Source: Macrostomum lignano
Taxonomy: Eukaryota
Assembly (NCBI GenBank): GCA_002269645.1
Contig: NIVC01002395.1
Location: forward strand, 62,001-126,000
Length of the DNA: 64,000 nucleotides
Reading direction: 5' to 3'
Both the position numbers and the translations under genes were made by a program. The notes beneath the pieces are model-generated. The model was not told where the DNA came from. It ran no database searches and saw nothing but the letters and a program-made list of their open reading frames with translations. Below, one piece after another: positions 59,101 to 64,000 of the stretch. Within the stretch, counting starts at the first letter, position 1; the number at the start of each line of letters is the position of its first letter.

Positions 59101-62040
59101 TCTCCCCTTCTCTCCCTCTCTCCCTCTCCCCTCTCCCCTTCTCTCCCTCTCTCCCTCTCTCCCTCTCCCTCTCTCCCTCTCCCCTTCTCTCCCTCTCTCC
59201 CTCTCTCTCCCCTTCTCTCCCCCTCTCCCTCTCTCCCTCTCCCTCTCTCTCTCCCCTCTCCTCCCTCTCTTATTTCTCTCCTCCCTTTCTCCCTTTCTCC
59301 CTTTCTCCCTCTCCTTCCCCTCCCTCTCTCCCTCTCGCCTCTCATTCTCCTCTCCCTCCCAGCTGCCTATTGCTTGCACTGCCTCATCCCCTTTTTCCCT
59401 ATTTCCCCAACTCTAAAGATGCATAATTCTTCCTGTTATCCTTATTCGTAGTAATAACCAAATTAATAAACTCACCCCATGCAACATTGGCCAGGACCGA
59501 GCCAGGAAATTCTCTCGCGAGATGAGCTCGCTGTGGAGCAAGCTGGCCGACCTGACCTACCCACAGACGGCCATGTTCACCGGGCGCGCCTTCAACCGCG
59601 GCATCGAGGCGGTATTCCGCGACAGAAACATTGAAGATCTCTGGCTGCCGTATTTCTGCATCACAACGGATATAACAAAGTCGCAGATGCGGGTGCACAC
59701 CAGCGGCTCATTGTGGCGCTACGTTCGAGCCAGCATGTCTCTGAGCGGCTACCTGCCACCCCTATGCGATCCGGAGAACGGCAACCTGCTTCTGGACGGC
59801 GGCTACGTCAACAACCTGCCAGCCGACGTGATGCGATCCAAGTACGGACCGTCCACCGTGTTTGCAGTGGATGTCGGCTCTCAGGATGAGACTAATCTGA
59901 CTAATTATGGCGACGAGCTGTCCGGCTGGTGGCTGCTTTATAAGAAGCTTAATCCCTTCTCTGTGCGGGTGAGTGCGCGTCTGCATTCTGATCTCAACAA
60001 GCCCTCTTTGGTCTTCAATAGCTACCTCAACACAATAGCTACCTCAACACAATAGCTACCTCAACACAATAGCTACCTCAACACAATAGCTACCTCAACA
60101 CAATAGCTACCTCAACACAATAGCTACCTCAACACAATAGCTACCTCAACACAATAGCTACCTCAACACAATAGCTACCTCAACACAATAGCTACCTCAA
60201 CACAATAGCTACCTCAACACAATAGCTACCTCAACACAATAGCTACCTCAACACAATAGCTACCTCAACACAATAGCTACCTCAACACAATAGCTACCTC
60301 AACACAATAGCTACCTCAACACAATAGCTACCTCAACACAATAGCTACCTCAACACAATAGCTACCTCAACACAATAGCTACCTCAACACAATAGCTACC
60401 TCAACACAATAGCTACCTCAACACAATAGCTACCTCAACACAATAGCTACCTCAACACAATAGCTACCTCAACACAATAGCTACCTCAACACAATAGCTA
60501 CCTCAACACAATAGCTACCTCAACACAATAGCTACCTCAACACAATAGCTACCTCAACACAAGTCCCCTTAGGTTCTTCCATAGCTACCACATCAAAGCT
60601 CTATCACTCTTAAATAGCTGCCACATCAAAGCTCTATCACTCTTCAATAGCTACCACATCAAAGCTCTCTATCACTCTTCAATAGCTACCACATCAAAGC
60701 TCTATCACGTACTCTTCAATAGCTACCACATCAAAGCTCTATCACTCTTCAATAGCTACCACATCAAAGCTCTATCACGTACTCTTCAATAGCTACCACA
60801 TCAAAGCTCTATCACTCTTCAATAGCTACCACATCAAAGCTCTATCACGTACTCTTCAATAGCTACCACATCAAAGCTCTATCACGTACTCTTCAATAGC
60901 TACCACATCAAAGCTCTATCACTCTTCAATAGCTACCACATCAAAGCTCTATCACGTACTCTTCAATAGCTACCACAGCAAAGCTCTATCACTTCCATAG
61001 CTACCACAGCAAAGCTCTATCACTCTTCCATAGCTACCACAGCAAAGCTCTATCACTCTTCCATAGCTACCTCGCCCCGCCCCGCTCTCCAGGTGAACGT
61101 GCCCAACCTGACGGAGATTCAGTCCCGCCTAGCCTACGTGTCCTGCGTGCGCCAGCTCGAGAGCGTCAAATCCGACGGCATCTGCGAGTACATGCGCCCT
61201 CCAATCGAAGCCTACGGCACTCTGCAGTTCGGCTCATTCGACGAAATCAACAACGTCGGCTACCGGTACTGCCTGGATCAGATCGAGCGCTGGGCCCGCG
61301 CCAAGAAGCTGCCAGTGTTGAAACGCCAGGTTGCCCAGGAGGTAGCCGACGTGCTGATGGCTGGCGGGCGGGAGGACGCCTCGCTGCGGTTCACCGACCT
61401 GGCCGAGATGGTCTGCCGGATCGACCGGCCTGCGGGAGCCGCCGCCGCCGCCGCCGGAGCCGCCGACGACAGCCCCGCTGGCCGCCGTTTTGCCAATTTT
61501 GTCGACTTCAACGACGACGACGATTGCGACAGCTACTGGTGCGGCGAGAATTTCGACGACGACGACGACGACGACTACGAAGAAGAAGACTCCGATGATG
61601 ATGACGGGGTCCACGGCAAAGCGGCCTGCTGGTCTGACGACGACTTCCTGCTGGAGGAGGACAGCGACACGGAGGCCGACGCCGCGGCCGCTGCCGCTTC
61701 ATCTGACTGCGGCGTCCGTGGCGGCGGTGCCAAACGATCTCAAGGCGGCGGGCCTGCCGCTGATGGCAGCGGCGCCGAAGCCGGCGGCGGCCTGAGCCGT
61801 CGGACTAAGCGACATCATTCCGATCCGGAGCTGTTCGGAGCCGACGTGGTTGCCGCCGCCGCCGCTGCAGCTGCCGCTGCTGTCGCTGCCGAAGGCTACG
61901 CCGGTGAAAATCGATTATTGTCGTCCGAAGCCCCGCCGGCTGGCCAGGGTGTTCGCCGACGCCGTCGTCTGCCGCGGCATCGACGTGAGCAGCAGCAGCA
62001 GCAGGAGAAGCGGGTGAAATTCGCTGAGCAGCAGCAGTGA
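50904..62040 (+). CDS. PNPLA6: Neuropathy target esterase / swiss cheese (N-terminal TM, cNMP-binding domains, patatin domain), ~1529 aa. Exons: 50904-51239, 52083-52389, 53268-53747, 54755-55191, 55686-56273, 57173-57733, 58391-58849, 59495-59968, 61093-62040
   Basis: TM segment plus [13 protein letters not shown], cNMP-type segments, GGGGARG, nucleophile motif GTSIG, DGGYVNN and [10 protein letters not shown]. All introns are GT-AG with matching phases; total 4590 nt. Co-orthologue of PNPLA6/7. Confidence 0.95.
51286..52020. repeat. Intronic minisatellite, 34-bp unit GCTGAATGGGATTCTGCATGGTTTGATGCAGGAC
   Basis: Tandem copies in PNPLA6 intron 1. Confidence 0.97.
52682..53230. repeat. (TCTG)n microsatellite
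   Basis: PNPLA6 intron 2. Confidence 0.97.
53780..54505. repeat. Intronic minisatellite, 24-bp unit GATCTAGGCTGCTCTATAGATATT
   Basis: PNPLA6 intron 3. Confidence 0.96.
55270..55625. repeat. Degenerate GT-rich minisatellite, core GTGGGATGGGTTCTCAG
   Basis: PNPLA6 intron 4. Confidence 0.88.
56318..57131. repeat. Intronic minisatellite, 28-bp unit CCAGCCTCCCAGATCCTCAGTTGCTGGG
   Basis: PNPLA6 intron 5. Confidence 0.97.
57770..58320. repeat. G-rich intronic minisatellite, 23-bp unit GGGGTGGATTGGGGCTGGGTTAT
   Basis: PNPLA6 intron 6. Confidence 0.96.
58990..59360. repeat. CT-rich low-complexity tract (CTCTCC)n
   Basis: PNPLA6 intron 7. Confidence 0.95.
60017..61070. repeat. Compound array: 17-bp AATAGCTACCTCAACAC (60017-60562), then 33/37-bp AATAGCTACCACATCAAAGCTCTATCACTCTTC (60580-61070)
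   Basis: PNPLA6 intron 8. Both units share AATAGCTACC. Confidence 0.97.
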
Positions 62041-62699
62041 TGTTTTACAGAATAATATCGCAATTCAAATTGGTGCGAGTTGCCGTTGACTTTTTTATAA
62101 CAAATACTATATGTACATTTCGCATAAACAGAGTTCATTTTTATTTTAGTTAAGTTTCGCTGTCAATAGCCTTTCCATCTACTAATAGTAGCTGTCTAGC
62201 TGCTTGCTTCTGTGTTTTTAGCAGTTTGATTTTTTGTAGAAGTTAATCACAATATTAATTTTCTTAGAATACTAGTTGCCTAGGAATAGTTTGTTTGTTG
62301 TTGTCCGACGTTTTAAAGTAGCTTTAGATTTGATTTAATGAGTGCGCCCGTGTACAGTTTGACTCTGATTGTACAGCTGGTTTTGCGAGTGCCTTGCCCC
62401 GGGGTTTTTTCGGCTTCAGCTTTTTAGTTCAGCTTCTCCTCGTAAAATCTCTATTGCTCCATAAATTCATTTCTGCCGCTTTGTATTTTTTGCTGAGAAT
62501 GTTCGTAGCATACTACTGCTTATTTTGTTTATCTTACTCTGCAGTAGTAAATATATAGAACCTAAAAAAGTTCAAAAAGGTCACATTTTGTTATACCGCA
62601 TCTTTCCCGAGTCAATTGTCATTGAAAAGTTTCTCGTAATTAATTTAATTCGTGCTTTGCTTGAGCTGACGTTAGGTTAGGTTGCAGTTTATGTGTTTC

Positions 62700-62904
62700 G
62701 CAAGGTGCTTAAAGATTGATTGATTGATAAATTTATTGATTGATTTTTACTGATTGTTTGATTGATTAATCGATCGATCGATCGATTGATTTACAAACAA
62801 TCGATTGATTTACAAACAATCGATTGATTGGTTGATCGATTAATTGATTGATTGACTGATTGATGGATTGATTGATAAATTGGTCGATTGATTTTCATTG
62901 ATCG

Positions 62905-62938
<34 letters not shown>

Positions 62939-63030
62939 CGATTTATTGATTGACTGATTGATTGATTGATCGATTGATCGATTAATTGATTGATTGATCA
63001 ATTGATTGATTGATTAATTGATTGATCGAT
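62700..63030. repeat. (GATT)n/(GATC) microsatellite between convergent gene ends
   Basis: Read directly. Confidence 0.93.
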
Positions 63031-63403
63031 TGTTCTGCTCAGTCCTCAGTCCATAACTAGCGACTTGCTAAGCAGATGAAGATTTTAAATCTCCGCTGTT
63101 GCAAAGAAAGTAGAAAATGAGGAAGCCTCAGTCGCAGCAATTTTTTTAAGTAAGAAAAAACCAATGGTTTGTCGAGTCGAGTTTTTTTGTGTCAAAAACT
63201 GCCCAGCCCAGTCCTGCGGTGGTACAGAAAATGAAAAAAATATGATGGCTCCTGCCGAGCCCAGTCAGTCCAATGACGATTGGCCGGCAATAAAAAACGA
63301 TCAGTTCTTCACAAAAAGCAAACTGTATAGTCAGTCGAACAAAGGAGAGGATTGGGCTCGGGAGAAAAAATGCTCAGTATTGTCCCAGCTGCTGGCTGAA
63401 GGA

Positions 63404-64000
63404 TCATCGCGCGACGCTCTGTGTGAGCTGCACCGGCTGCAGGCCGCACTGCTTCACGTCCGTCACGTCCTGGTCTGTAAGACGAAACGTGAATAACGGG
63501 CTGACGCTGCACTCTTCGATTGCTTTGACGGTGTATCGGCACCACCGGCTGACGCTGAACTCCTGGCCAAGCTGGCAGGGCGAAGACCGCGCCTTGCCGC
63601 CAAGTCGGGGCTCCTCCACAATCAGATAGCAGCTGGCGTTGCTGCCGTCCGAGTCGGCGTCGTTTGAAACATTTGACCTGCCAGCCTCGGATGGCAGCAG
63701 GCGGGCCTTCAGCTTGGCCAAATCAACGTCCAGGTGCAGGCAGATCCCGGCTTGGTACGTTGTTGCCGCGGTTGACGCGTCCAAGCCTTCGGACAGGCTG
63801 CTGGGATTGCGGCCGAGCCCGGAGTCGTCATGCCGACTGCTGCTTCGGCAGCCTACGCCAACGCCGCTGCCGACGCTGCCGCCGCACGAATAAGTCGACG
63901 CGTCGGCCGCCTCAAGAGCGGCGTTGGTAGCCGCCGCCGCAGCCGCCGCAGAGACGGATGTAGCCGTGGAGCCGCGGCTGGTGGAGCGCAGGCCGGCCTG
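63404..64000 (-). CDS. Terminal exon of an unidentified protein, 5'-partial (Ala/Ser/Gly-rich segment followed by a ~90-aa ordered-looking C-terminus)
   Basis: The frame is open from position 64000 to the stop at 63404, with GC-rich codon style like the other exons here. No recognised motif. Confidence 0.65.
   Translation of the reverse strand, partial: QAGLRSTSRGSTATSVSAAAAAAATNAALEAADASTYSCGGSVGSGVGVGCRSSSRHDDSGLGRNPSSLSEGLDASTAATTYQAGICLHLDVDLAKLKARLLPSEAGRSNVSNDADSDGSNASCYLIVEEPRLGGKARSSPCQLGQEFSVSRWCRYTVKAIEECSVSPLFTFRLTDQDVTDVKQCGLQPVQLTQSVAR

Overview
Eukaryotic (animal) genomic DNA with GC-rich exons, AT-rich intergenic DNA and introns filled with minisatellites. This style fits the flatworm Macrostomum lignano, but the species call is inference only. 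Spliced gene models were rebuilt by hand with canonical GT-AG sites and consistent phases. Minus strand: a MOV10L1/Armitage-like RNA helicase (3' end runs off the window), tRNA-Glu(TTC), Mediator subunit MED25 (8 exons), cytochrome c1 (3 exons), NAA10/ARD1 (2 exons, 1-nt frameshift in a C run), and the last exon of an unidentified gene at the right edge. Plus strand: an intronless USP4/15-type deubiquitinase, two partial DUSP-UBL copies of it, and PNPLA6/NTE/swiss cheese (9 exons). Main observations: (1) the two partial USP copies can be joined in frame by a 66-nt GT-AG intron into a ~512-aa tandem (DUSP-UBL)x2 protein with no catalytic domain, a candidate decoy or adaptor; (2) 20 of the 22 modelled introns carry their own tandem array, several arrays share sequence cores, and one array duplicates its own splice acceptor; (3) a hAT-type MITE family carries an expandable internal minisatellite; (4) there is a CORE-type SINE and two insertions of unknown class flanked by direct repeats. 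Almost all long ORFs in the supplied track that lie over repeats are artefacts.
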